Assembly: GCA_963711835.1 (NCBI GenBank)
Contig: CAVQFQ010000005.1
Location: 320,001-384,000, forward strand
From: an uncultured delta proteobacterium
Lineage (GTDB): Bacteria; Desulfobacterota; RBG-13-43-22
Direction of reading: 5' to 3'
DNA: 64,000 bases
A program made the translations under genes and the position numbers. Shown piece after piece: positions 32,186 to 41,644 of the stretch. The first letter of the stretch is position 1. Each line of letters opens with the position of its first letter. The notes beneath the pieces were generated by a model, which searched no databases, was not told where the DNA came from, and saw only the letters and a program-made list of their open reading frames with translations.

Positions 32186-32358
32186 AAGGCATTTGGTATG
32201 CTTTAAAAAAATATACATATTTAGGAGGTCTTAATGAAAAGAGGAATCACAGATGGTTAAACTCGAGAACGAAAAGGGAATAGGGAATGTGGTAGTTATA
32301 AATAAAATTATCCAAAACCCCGGCAACTTGCCATTAATCACCAATAAGGAGACAGATC

Positions 32359-32859
32359 ATGAAACGAATTGCCCATCAGTTCACTAATCCCACTTCACTC
32401 GTTATTGCGGCGGTGGCCTTCTTCGTCACTATCGTTTTCGCCAGTGCAACTCTTTCCTACGCCGTTTCGGCCAACCCAGCCCAGAAAACCTTTACCAGGA
32501 CCTCTAAAGTCGACCGCACCGAGGCTCGCATCATAGACCTTCATGCCAGGCTCAAAATCACACCAGCCCAGGAAGACCTATGGAATAAGGTCACCCAGGT
32601 GATGCGGGACAATGCCAAGACAATAGACACCCTCAACCAGGCCAGGTTCGAAAAAGCAAAGGCCATGACCGCTGTCGAAGATCTCAAATCCTATAGCGAA
32701 ATCGCCCAAGCCCATGCGGATGGGCTCAAAAATTTCATTCCAGCCTTCGAGGCGCTCTATGCCGCCATGTCGGACGACCAGAAGAAGGATGCGGATACCC
32801 TGTTTCGCCATGGAAGTGGAAGCCATAGGCACTCAAAGACAAAGAGCAGAAGCAGATGA
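32359..32859 (+). CDS. Spy/CpxP (LTXXQ) periplasmic chaperone family
   Basis: Signal peptide; LKITPAQEDLW, LYAAMSDDQKKDAD. Confidence 0.8.
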   Translation: MKRIAHQFTNPTSLVIAAVAFFVTIVFASATLSYAVSANPAQKTFTRTSKVDRTEARIIDLHARLKITPAQEDLWNKVTQVMRDNAKTIDTLNQARFEKAKAMTAVEDLKSYSEIAQAHADGLKNFIPAFEALYAAMSDDQKKDADTLFRHGSGSHRHSKTKSRSR

Positions 32860-32939
32860 TCGTGAGTACAACAACGTCAATTCAAGACAGGAAACCTTTA
32901 CCTGTGAAAAGGAATCGTTCCAAGAAAGGAAGGGTACTT

Positions 32940-33230
32940 ATGAGAACTTCAATCGTCGGTAAGATCGTGATGGCGCTCATCTTCGCCTCGGTGATCGGCG
33001 GCATCTCCGCGGGGCCGGCGCTCGGCAAAAATGGCAATAGGGGCCAAGGGCCACAGCAACGTGGCTGGCAGGACAATCGAGGCTGGCACGATAATCGAGG
33101 CTGGCACGATAATCGCAGCTGGCAATGGGATCGTGGACGGCGTGTGTACCGGCCCCATGGCTACTACCAGCCTGTCCCGGTTCCGTCGCCCGGCATCACC
33201 ATCTTTTTCCCGCCGTTCGTCATTCGATAG
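32940..33230 (+). CDS. Secreted low-complexity protein with RGW(H/Q)DN hexapeptide repeats
   Basis: Signal peptide, 18-bp tandem repeats ~33060-33120, C-terminal PSPGITIFFP. Confidence 0.65.
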   Translation: MRTSIVGKIVMALIFASVIGGISAGPALGKNGNRGQGPQQRGWQDNRGWHDNRGWHDNRSWQWDRGRRVYRPHGYYQPVPVPSPGITIFFPPFVIR

Positions 33231-33351
33231 GGGAATCCTCAACGTCGATCGCCGATTGCTCACGGGCGCCTTACTCCGAGACGTCGTGAGCAATCGAGAT
33301 AGATTAGGATAAACTTAAGGCGCTTAAATAAAAAAGTATGGGGATTGAGAA

Positions 33352-33501
33352 ATGAAAAAGATCATTATGTTAGGGATTATCTTAGGGATGGCATTAGCAT
33401 CTCTTGGGGGCTGTTTTATACCCTATTATGAGGACGACGGAGGATACCGTGGACATGGTAGGGACAGAGACGGCAGATATGAGCATGAGCATAGAAGATA
33501 A
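33352..33501 (+). CDS. 49-aa His/Arg/Gly-rich small lipoprotein
   Basis: LGGC lipobox; hairpin acccttacc/ggtaagggt + T-run follows. Confidence 0.65.
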   Translation: MKKIIMLGIILGMALASLGGCFIPYYEDDGGYRGHGRDRDGRYEHEHRR

Positions 33502-33651
33502 ATTGGACCCTTACCGGAGGAGGTAAGGGTTTTGGAAAGGAGGTGGTCGGCGGGTCCGGAAAAGATTTAGCCGAAGCTTACGATACCTTCAGTTAGAAAA
33601 AATTTCGCAACCAACTATTTAACCAGTAAATTACAGATAGGAGCAACCGCT

Positions 33652-33966
33652 ATGAAAAAGAGAAATATTGTTATCCGCTATTTTGTTCTTCTAATGCTGA
33701 TCGCCACCTTTGCAGCCTGTGCCTCGACACGCACACAAGAAAGTACAGGTCAATACGTTGACGATTCGGTTATCACGACCAAGGTAAAATCGCTGCTGGC
33801 CAATGATGATTTTCTCAAGTCATTCCAGATTGGTGTCGAAACTTTCAAGGGCGTTGTTCAACTGAGCGGTTTTGTTAATACTCAAAAGGCCGTCGATAAA
33901 GCAGTTCAAATCGCCGGTAGCGTCAACGGGGTCAAATCCGTAAAGAATGACCTGATCGTGAAATAG
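33652..33966 (+). CDS. Single-BON lipoprotein (OsmY-like)
   Basis: FAAC; GQYVDDSVITTKVK, VETFKGVVQLSGFV, GVKSVKNDL. Confidence 0.9.
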   Translation: MKKRNIVIRYFVLLMLIATFAACASTRTQESTGQYVDDSVITTKVKSLLANDDFLKSFQIGVETFKGVVQLSGFVNTQKAVDKAVQIAGSVNGVKSVKNDLIVK

Positions 33967-34042
33967 GCGACCCGTTACCCTTTGCCGGTTATGGACAAAA
34001 AAGATTCTGCTTTTCCTCAAAAAAGAGGAGAGGAGGGAAGTC

Positions 34043-34195
34043 ATGGGAATCATCCTGGTCGTCATCTTAGTCATCGTGCTCATCGGCGCCCTGCCCACCT
34101 GGGGCCACAGTAAGTCCTGGGGGCCTTATCCCAGCGGCGGAATCGGATTGATCCTCCTGATATTAATCATCCTGTTGCTACTGGGGCGAATCTGA
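34043..34195 (+). CDS. DUF3309-family protein, copy 2
   Basis: Near-identical to 26984-27136. Confidence 0.85.
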   Translation: MGIILVVILVIVLIGALPTWGHSKSWGPYPSGGIGLILLILIILLLLGRI

Positions 34196-34384
34196 GGGGG
34201 TTTTTATGGCACATGAATAAGTCCTCAGCACCAACGACATAGAAAAGAGCATAGATTTCGAGTCGTCTTGAATCCCTAGAAAGGAACATGAACAGGGTTT
34301 GGTAAAACGCATAGAGCTCTAATCGTAGTCTATGAATTGGGGAAATCTCGACTCATATAGAGCTTAGAAAGGAGGCCAGATGCC

Positions 34385-34519
34385 ATGCAACTCAGTATAT
34401 CGCCACAGCCGCTGGTTGCTCTAATCGCGGGAATCTTGATTCTCTTTGTCCCGAGACTATTGAATTATATCGTTGCCATCTATCTAATTATATTTGGCAT
34501 TCTCGGGTTGGTCCGCTGA
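34385..34519 (+). CDS. DUF3096-family small membrane protein (44 aa)
   Basis: PLVALIAGILILFVPRLLNYIVAIYLI; AGGAGG RBS. Confidence 0.82.
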   Translation: MQLSISPQPLVALIAGILILFVPRLLNYIVAIYLIIFGILGLVR

Positions 34520-34743
34520 TTGGCTAGCGAATCTTCTATTGATGGGGTGCGCAAGGTAAATAATCTCCTTAATGATCAAAAAATAATTAGGGCATGGCCT
34601 GGGAAATCAACCACAAGGCTTGTAAGAAATTTTCCACCAAAGACAAGGTTCCCTCCAAAGGCATGAAATGAAAGTAAAAAGGAAACTTAATAAATGAGTG
34701 CTAAATTGATCGCTATAATCGTCTCAAACAAAGGAGAGAAACG

Positions 34744-37077
34744 ATGAAGAGGACGATGAAGAGATGGATGGGGTTGGTGGTGTGTTTGTTTCTTGCAGCG
34801 GTGGTGATGGTTCAGTCGTCCTCGGCTGCAGACGCACCGGCCATGGTGGTAGGCCGCATATTTCATATCGAAGGGGACCTGCTCCGCTATGTTCCTGAGG
34901 AGAAAGACTGGGTGGCCGTGGTCAGGGACGCACCCTTCGGCACAGAGGATACATTCTTTTCAGGAAGCCGAGGGATGGCGGAGCTGATCGCACCCAACGG
35001 GACCTGGATCAGGGTTGGGAACAGCACACAGATCCAGTTTATTGTTCTCGATACGGACCTGTCCGAAACGGACGTGGCTGCGGGCGTAGCCCGGTTCTAT
35101 AATAAAGGCTCCGATACGGTCATTAAAGCCACAAGTCCCTTCGGGTACGTCCTGGCTTATCCCGGCACAGTCTTCGACTTTTACGTGGGTGAAAACTCCG
35201 TCGAAGTGGTCGCGGTGCGGGGGAAGGTGAGTTTCGTCCACGCGGCAACTGAGGCCAAATACGACGTGGCGGCCGGATCCCCATCGATCCTCGCTGACCA
35301 GCAGCAAGTGTCCTCAGGCGAGGGAACCGTCGATCCTGACTGGAACCGGTGGAACACGGGCCGTGAAGGCTTTTGGGCGGCGAAGGCCAGGGTAAGGGGA
35401 CGCTCGGTCGAATATCTTCCGCCCAGCCTCCGAGACGATGCGTATGCTTTTGAAGAGAACGGAAGGTGGGAGAGGGTCCCCTATGAGGGTACGGAGCGCT
35501 GGTTCTGGCGGCCTACCACCGTAGCCGCGGGATGGTCGCCTTTCACCGTGGGCCGCTGGACCGACTGGTACGGGGACCAGACCTGGATTCCGGAAGAACC
35601 TTTCGGTTACGTCACCCACCATTACGGCAATTGGGTTTACGCCCGGAATAACTGGTATTGGGCCCCGCCTGTGCTGAGTGTGCGCATCGGTCTTCCCCTC
35701 CTCGACGTGGGCTTCTTCTGGTATCCCGGAAGAGTTTCATGGATTCACACGGGAGCTTATGTGGGCTGGGTGCCTCTGGCGCCGCGCGAGACGTACTACA
35801 GCCACCGTCACTGGGGAGGCCCTCATGCGGTGGTCGTGAACAACATCAACATCACCCAGATCAACATCAACGTTCGGAATTATGCCTATGTAAACCAGGC
35901 CATCGTGGTCTCCCAGAACGATTTCTACCGTGTGAACAATTACAGGAATGTACGGGTAACCAACGTAAACTCTGCCACCATCATCAATGACTACCGTGCG
36001 ACGCCGGTCGTCAATAACACGGTGATCAAAAATTACACGACGGACAAGCAGCGGTACAACTACACCAACGTAAAAGTGAACGAGAAACCTCACAATACCG
36101 TGATTAATCGAATCCAGCAGAACCAGGCAATCATCCGCGAGGGGAAGAAAGAAAAAGCTTCGGTGCTCCAGGAACGAGTGAAGAGCATCCCGGAAGGGAG
36201 GGTCAACCGCGAGGCCCGGATCGAAGCGCCCAAGGCCACGAACTTTATCGTACCAGCCAGTGAGGTGAACCGGCCAAAATCCGAAATAAAGCTTCAGCAA
36301 AAGGAGATTAAAAGTGCCGGAAGGGGGGTCCCGCCAGCTCAGCCTGGACAGCCTGCTGCACGGCCAGAGCGCGTGGCTCCGGCCAGGCCGAGCCAGCAGC
36401 AGGATAAACCCGGTCAACCCGCAGGACCAGAGCGAGTGAGCCCTGCAAAACCTGCTCAGCCCGGGCCGCCTACTGCACGTCCTGAGCGCGCGGCACCGCC
36501 AAAGCCGGACCAGCAGGAGAAACCCGGTCAACCCGCAGGACCAGAGCGAGTGAGTCCTGCAAAACCAGCTCAGCCCGGGCCGCCTACTGCACGTCCTGAG
36601 CGCGCGGCACCGCCAAAGCCGGACCAGCAGGAGAAACCCGGTCAACCCGCAGGACCAGAACGAGTGAGTCCTGCAAAACCTGCTCAGCCTCGGCAGCCTG
36701 CTGCGCAACCAGAGCGCGTGGCGCCGGCCAGGCCGAGCCAGCAGCAGGAGAAACCCGGTCAACCCGCAGGACCAGAGCGAGTGAGTCCTGCAAAACCAGC
36801 TCAGCCCGGACCGCCTGCTGCACGGCCAGAGCGCGCGGCACCGCCAAAGCCGGATCAACAGGAGAAACCCGGTCAACCCGCAGGACCAGAACGAGTGAGT
36901 CCTGCAAAACCTGCTCAGCCCGGACCGCCTGCTGCACGGCCAGAGCGCGCCGCACCGCCAAAACCGGACCAGCAGGAGAAGCCCGGTCAACCGGCAGGAC
37001 CTGAACGGACGAAAAAGCAGAAGCTTCCCGAGGAAGAGCCTCAGGATAAGCCCGGACAGCAGGAAAAGCAGCGATAA
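34744..37077 (+). CDS. Secreted FecR-like + DUF6600-like protein with Pro/Gln/Ala repeat tail
   Basis: Signal peptide; GWSPFTVGRW, EPFGYVTHHYGNW, VGWVPLAPRE; repeat tail. Confidence 0.72.
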   Translation: MKRTMKRWMGLVVCLFLAAVVMVQSSSAADAPAMVVGRIFHIEGDLLRYVPEEKDWVAVVRDAPFGTEDTFFSGSRGMAELIAPNGTWIRVGNSTQIQFIVLDTDLSETDVAAGVARFYNKGSDTVIKATSPFGYVLAYPGTVFDFYVGENSVEVVAVRGKVSFVHAATEAKYDVAAGSPSILADQQQVSSGEGTVDPDWNRWNTGREGFWAAKARVRGRSVEYLPPSLRDDAYAFEENGRWERVPYEGTERWFWRPTTVAAGWSPFTVGRWTDWYGDQTWIPEEPFGYVTHHYGNWVYARNNWYWAPPVLSVRIGLPLLDVGFFWYPGRVSWIHTGAYVGWVPLAPRETYYSHRHWGGPHAVVVNNINITQININVRNYAYVNQAIVVSQNDFYRVNNYRNVRVTNVNSATIINDYRATPVVNNTVIKNYTTDKQRYNYTNVKVNEKPHNTVINRIQQNQAIIREGKKEKASVLQERVKSIPEGRVNREARIEAPKATNFIVPASEVNRPKSEIKLQQKEIKSAGRGVPPAQPGQPAARPERVAPARPSQQQDKPGQPAGPERVSPAKPAQPGPPTARPERAAPPKPDQQEKPGQPAGPERVSPAKPAQPGPPTARPERAAPPKPDQQEKPGQPAGPERVSPAKPAQPRQPAAQPERVAPARPSQQQEKPGQPAGPERVSPAKPAQPGPPAARPERAAPPKPDQQEKPGQPAGPERVSPAKPAQPGPPAARPERAAPPKPDQQEKPGQPAGPERTKKQKLPEEEPQDKPGQQEKQR
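36334..37008 (+). repeat. Coding tandem repeat, six units of 114/117 bp in order A-B-B-A-B-B
   Basis: cccggtcaacc anchors at 36409, 36523, 36637, 36754, 36868, 36982. Confidence 0.92.
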
Positions 37078-37116
37078 TTCATCAAATCGTGAAATACATA
37101 TTCCTTACGGGAAAAT

Positions 37117-37145
37117 GCGGAAGGCCGACCGGTGCGGCCTTCCGT
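37117..37145. terminator. GC-rich hairpin after gene (terminator or stabiliser)
   Basis: gcggaaggccg...cggccttccgt. Confidence 0.5.
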
Positions 37146-37257
37146 ATCACATCCCGCTGGCCCTAAAAAAACATTCGGACACATCAGGACACATCTGACA
37201 CATCCCATTTATCTTGCACGTCTTCCCTGCCATTTAAAGAAAGCTTAGGAGGCCCCA

Positions 37258-38352
37258 ATGGATAACAATGTGAAACGCACGGTCAAGGTGCCCGCACTAT
37301 TGATCCTGGCCAGCTTTGTCATTGTGGTGGCGGGGATGAAGGCGGCCAACTCCATCCTGGTTCCTTTTTTTCTGGCGGTGTTCATCGCGGTTATTTGCGC
37401 TCCGCCATTGTTCTGGCTGCAACGCAAGGGCGTGCCGAAGGTCATTGCGCTTGTTTTCATTCTGGTGGCCATCCTGATTGTAGGATTGCTCTTTGGAGCA
37501 TTGATAGGTCCTTCGCTGAATGATTTCCTGTGCTCCCTTCCCGGCTATCAAGAGCGATTATCAACCCATATTGCTGCTTTAATGGGCTGGCTGCGCGAAA
37601 AGGGCCTTAACATTCCAGCAGAAGAGGTGTCCGGTGCTTTACATCCAGGGTGGGTGATGATCTTGGCCGGGGGTATATTCGCAGCCCTGAGCAGTGTCCT
37701 CACACATACGTTTCTGATCCTGCTTGCGGTCGTGTTCATCCTTCTGGAGGCGGCAGATTTGCCAAAGAAATTGCGGGTTGTGTTAAAAAACCCGGAGAGG
37801 TCGCTTTCTACCATTGAGAAATTCAGCCAGAGCGCCAAGCGCTATTTGGTTATTAAAACCCTGACCAGCGCCGCCGTGGGCCTGGTGATCTGGCTTTGGC
37901 TCTTAATCCTCGGGGTCGATTATCCGGTGCTCTGGGGGACACTCTCGTTTCTGCTGAACTATGTGCCTAATATAGGCGCAATCATTGCTGCCCTGCCTGT
38001 CGTCCTTCTCGCTCTCGTCCAGTTAGGGGTGGGGTCTGCCCTTCTGACCGTCCTTGGCTTTGTCGTGGTGCATATTGTTGTGGGTAATATCATAGAACCA
38101 AAACTGATGGGCAAAGGCCTGAGTTTATCGACGCTGGTTGTCTTCCTTTCATTGGTCTTCTGGGGATGGGTTCTGGGCCCGATTGGTATGATCCTCTCGG
38201 TGCCCATGACCAGCCTGGTCACAATCGCACTGGAAAGTTATGAAGAGACACGAGGGCTCGCCTTCTTGCTGGGATCCGACACCGAGATTGAGTGGATCGA
38301 AGGGATGGAGACGGCGGATGCGATGAGGCGCGAAAAAAAGAAGGATATATGA
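37258..38352 (+). CDS. AI-2E family transporter
   Basis: LLNYVPNIG, GNIIEPKLMG, LSLVFWGWVLGPIGMILSVP. Confidence 0.92.
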   Translation: MDNNVKRTVKVPALLILASFVIVVAGMKAANSILVPFFLAVFIAVICAPPLFWLQRKGVPKVIALVFILVAILIVGLLFGALIGPSLNDFLCSLPGYQERLSTHIAALMGWLREKGLNIPAEEVSGALHPGWVMILAGGIFAALSSVLTHTFLILLAVVFILLEAADLPKKLRVVLKNPERSLSTIEKFSQSAKRYLVIKTLTSAAVGLVIWLWLLILGVDYPVLWGTLSFLLNYVPNIGAIIAALPVVLLALVQLGVGSALLTVLGFVVVHIVVGNIIEPKLMGKGLSLSTLVVFLSLVFWGWVLGPIGMILSVPMTSLVTIALESYEETRGLAFLLGSDTEIEWIEGMETADAMRREKKKDI

Positions 38353-38440
38353 ACATCAAACTCCCCGGTGTTCCATTCTTTAAGATGAAATCAGAGATCG
38401 CCTCTTGGGAGCCCTCGACGCAACGAGAGGGACTCATCCG

Positions 38441-39292
38441 ATGAGATTCAAGCGGCTCAAAAAGTTTCTCAAGAACTTCGGTCTCCTCTGGCAGGCTCTA
38501 AAAAAATTCAATGATGACAATGGCTTTTTCTTATCTTCGGGGATTACCTTTAATATCCTCATCAACGTGATTCCTTTTATCATGCTGCTATTGGCCTTGG
38601 TTGGAACTTATCTCTACAACGACCAGGAAGTGCTCAATCATATTCGCGCCTATCTCAAAGATGTGGCTCCGGCCTTGGATCCAAAGATAATGGGAAACCT
38701 TATGGACCTCATCCAGAGCCGTCAGATTGTGGGAATCCTGGGATTTGTAAGTTTGCTCTGGTTCTCCACCTGGGTCTTCAGCTCCCTGCGGATCGCTCTC
38801 AATATCGTGTTCCGGGTGGAGAAGAGCCGGGGAATGTTATGGGGAATCGGCATTGACCTTTTGATGATTCTCCTGGTGGGAATCCTCCTCCTGGTGAGCA
38901 TGATTCTTACCTCCGTCGTCACCTTCCTACCGGGTTACCAGGGACAGATTCTCGTTGCGATAGGACCGACGATTCAGTGGATCCTGAAATACCTGCTCCC
39001 TTTTTCCCTCACCTATTGCATGTTTGTTTTGATTTACAGGATCATACCTAATAAGAAGGTCCACCTCACATCCGCCCTTCAGGCGGCCCTCTTTGCGAGC
39101 CTGCTCTGGGAACTGGCCAAGCATCTTTTCGGCTGGTATATCGTCCATCTCGCCAGGTACTCTATTTTTTATGGCTCATTAAGTACCTTGGTCATGTTCA
39201 TTTTGTGGGTGTATTATTCTTCAACGATTCTCATTGTGGGTGGGGAGTTTGCTTATTTCCTGGAAGAAGATCGTCAAAGATCAATGGCCTGA
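38441..39292 (+). CDS. YihY/BrkB-family membrane protein
   Basis: LYRIIPN-like segment, WELAKHLF, YGSL..ILWVYYS..GGEF. Confidence 0.88.
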   Translation: MRFKRLKKFLKNFGLLWQALKKFNDDNGFFLSSGITFNILINVIPFIMLLLALVGTYLYNDQEVLNHIRAYLKDVAPALDPKIMGNLMDLIQSRQIVGILGFVSLLWFSTWVFSSLRIALNIVFRVEKSRGMLWGIGIDLLMILLVGILLLVSMILTSVVTFLPGYQGQILVAIGPTIQWILKYLLPFSLTYCMFVLIYRIIPNKKVHLTSALQAALFASLLWELAKHLFGWYIVHLARYSIFYGSLSTLVMFILWVYYSSTILIVGGEFAYFLEEDRQRSMA

Positions 39293-39348
39293 CAAGGTCA
39301 AAAAAAGAAAGGGTGACTTCGCGTGTGTCGGATTAAGTTGTTCGGTTA

Positions 39349-39510
39349 CCCTCAAAGATCTCCTCAATATATGGAGGTTCCACCAAATAGTGAGGCCAAG
39401 AAATAGTTTCAACCTTCTTCGCGATTCCCTACTTTTAATCTAATTTATTGATATTAATAGATGATTCCAAACTTCCGCTCTTTCGCAAGCTGCTGGTAGG
39501 TTACTTGCAG
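39349..39510 (+). promoter_or_regulatory. sigma54 promoter module 4
   Basis: CCTCAATATATGGAGG 39362-77, CCACCAAATAGTGAGG 39380-95; exact IHF consensus on minus strand 39441-53; CTGGTAGGTTACTTGCA with GG 39495-6, GC 39507-8. Confidence 0.87.
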
Positions 39511-39557
39511 TTATTATTTTCATGATTCTGGTCGCCTTTGGAAAGGGGGGATAAAAC

Positions 39558-39824
39558 ATGGCAGGATATGATTGGGGCAAAGGACTGGTCAAGGGATTGT
39601 TTTGGGGTGGCTTAATTGGTGTAGTTATTGGCATCCTCTATGCCACGAAAAGGGACAAGGGGACCTGGGAGGCCATCGGTAAGTCTGCGGATGAGTTGGT
39701 TGATAAAACCAAGGAGCAGATTGGGCAGGCGCAGAGGAAAATGGAGGAAGTGGCGGACCGTGGGAAGGATTCATACGCAGGGGACAAGGAAAGTCTAAAG
39801 GAAGCCGGGGCCCCTCAGGTATAG
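39558..39824 (+). CDS. YtxH-like general stress protein
   Basis: GLFWGGLIGVVIGILYA followed by charged helix. Confidence 0.72.
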   Translation: MAGYDWGKGLVKGLFWGGLIGVVIGILYATKRDKGTWEAIGKSADELVDKTKEQIGQAQRKMEEVADRGKDSYAGDKESLKEAGAPQV

Positions 39825-39894
39825 GGGGCCTTCTGATAAGAGTCGGAAAGACAACGATCAAAGGCAACAAAATAATACATAAGGAGAAAGTATA

Positions 39895-40650
39895 ATGAAA
39901 GCAATGTATTCTGTAGCCTTGATGGTGGCCGTGGTCGCTCTGTTGGCGATCAGTGCGCCTCTTTACGCGTCCAGGATGGATGACCGCATTGAATCGTCGG
40001 CCAGGAAGTCGTATATTTTCCAGACCTACCTGACGGGTGACGATATTAAAATCGAGTCCAAGGATGGCGTCGTCACCCTGACGGGGATGATCGCTGCAGA
40101 ATTCCACAAATCATTGGCCCAGGAAACCGTAGCGGGACTGCCCGGGGTCAAAAGCGTGGACAACAGGCTGGAAGTCAAAGGTGCGCCCCCCACCGCAAAC
40201 TCGGATGCCTGGCTCAGTGAGAAAGTAAAAACTACGCTCTTATTCCATCGGAGCGTGAAGACCGGCGAGACTGAGGTTCACGTCCAAGAAGGCATCGTGA
40301 CCCTGCGAGGCAATGCCGTCAGCCAGGCAAAAAAGGATCTGACGACCGAATACGCCAAGGATGTCGAAGGGGTCAAAGATGTAAAAAATGAGATGACGGT
40401 GTCAAGGCCCTCGAAAAAGACACAAAGCGTGGGCAAAAAGATAGATGACGCTTCCACCACTGCCCAGGTCAAGATGACATTGCTGTTTCATCGCTCGACC
40501 AGTGCCCTCAACACCAAGGTCGTAACGAAGAACGGCCTGGTCACGTTGTATGGCAAGGCCAGTAGCACAGCCGAAAAGGAGGTGGTCACCAAAATCGTCA
40601 ACGACGTAAACGGCGTGAGGCGCGTAACTAACCGGATGACTATCGAGTAG
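39895..40650 (+). CDS. Triple-BON periplasmic protein (OsmY-like)
   Basis: Three G(V/I/L)VTLxG...GVxxVxNx(L/M) units. Confidence 0.9.
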   Translation: MKAMYSVALMVAVVALLAISAPLYASRMDDRIESSARKSYIFQTYLTGDDIKIESKDGVVTLTGMIAAEFHKSLAQETVAGLPGVKSVDNRLEVKGAPPTANSDAWLSEKVKTTLLFHRSVKTGETEVHVQEGIVTLRGNAVSQAKKDLTTEYAKDVEGVKDVKNEMTVSRPSKKTQSVGKKIDDASTTAQVKMTLLFHRSTSALNTKVVTKNGLVTLYGKASSTAEKEVVTKIVNDVNGVRRVTNRMTIE

Positions 40651-40748
40651 CCCGAGTCCAAGACCAATGAGACTGCTCGATTACTGCCGGCTTGTGTAGA
40701 GATCCATCAGCCGGCAGCCAATCTAAAACAAACGGAAAGAAGTATCCT

Positions 40749-40900
40749 ATGGTTATATTCTGGACGATTACGGTGATCATGACCATGCAAAGGGAGATAG
40801 GGTTGGTGAGCAGTAACACGATGGGATGGTTAACTCTTATCCTGATGGTAATCACTTTTATCGTGGTGTTGGTCAGCTTCATTCAGAGGCGGAGAGCCGC
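40749..40900 (+). pseudogene. Degenerate lmo0937-family copy
   Basis: IFWTITVI...GLVSSNTMG..LILMVITFIVVLVSFIQRRR; eroded and without the expected stop. Confidence 0.6.
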
Positions 40901-41014
40901 TTGGCCTGCGGGAGTTAGTTGGAGGTTATGGCGGATTAAACTGATGACGAGATCAAGAGTGAGCGAAATGGAGTACCAGACAGTCAAACCGAAATCCGAG
41001 GGGAGGAAACTATT

Positions 41015-41194
41015 ATGAAATCCAGCACCAAGGACCAGGCTCAAGGTAAGTTTCACGAAGTGAAGGGTAAGGTCAAGGAGAAAGTCGGCAAACTCACCTC
41101 AAATCCCAAGCTGGAAGCCGAAGGCAAAAGCGAAAAGCGGGTCGGGAAAGTTCAACGAGTGATCGGTAACGTCAAGAACATCCTGGGGAAGTAG
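41015..41194 (+). CDS. csbD: CsbD-family stress protein (59 aa)
   Basis: DQAQGKFHEVKGKVKEKVGKLT.NPKLEAEGK.EK..GKVQ; GGAGG RBS. Confidence 0.88.
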   Translation: MKSSTKDQAQGKFHEVKGKVKEKVGKLTSNPKLEAEGKSEKRVGKVQRVIGNVKNILGK

Positions 41195-41333
41195 GTGAAG
41201 TCAAGACTGCCCTCCGCAACGCGGCCTTAAAGTTCAAATGAGTAGGGCCGTTGAATGGTTCATCCGCAGTACCTAAGCAGGAGCGGACCTTTTTGGCCTG
41301 CCTCCGGAAACAAGAGAGGAGGTGTATTAGATC

Positions 41334-41525
41334 ATGCCTTTAACTCAAGTCATTGTGGTTCTGATCGTGGTTGGTGTTATTCTCTGGCTCATCAACCGAT
41401 TCATCCCAATGGCGGGCTCCATTAAGTCGATTTTGAATGCCGTCGTGGTCATTGCCGTTGTCTTGTGGCTCCTGAGCGTTTTTGGGGTTTTAAGTTCCCT
41501 CTCCAGGATCCGCGTGGGGAGGTAA
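41334..41525 (+). CDS. Thivi_2564-like small membrane protein
   Basis: LIVVGVILWLINRFIPMAGSIKSILNAVVVIAVVLWLL. Confidence 0.75.
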   Translation: MPLTQVIVVLIVVGVILWLINRFIPMAGSIKSILNAVVVIAVVLWLLSVFGVLSSLSRIRVGR

Positions 41526-41644
41526 CACCCTTGGTTCAGCGCGGATGGGGCCAAGTCGCCATGGTTCCATAGGAAGCCATCCGCGCACGGGGAACGTATA
41601 ATTTTTCATGAACTTCTTAGAAAGCAGATCAGAAAGGAACCATC

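Noticed and set aside
35737-36990. Long antisense ORFs (also 54501-55646, 60835-61632, 19231-19875)
   Set aside because: Shadows of well-supported + strand genes or repeats, with no recognisable motifs.
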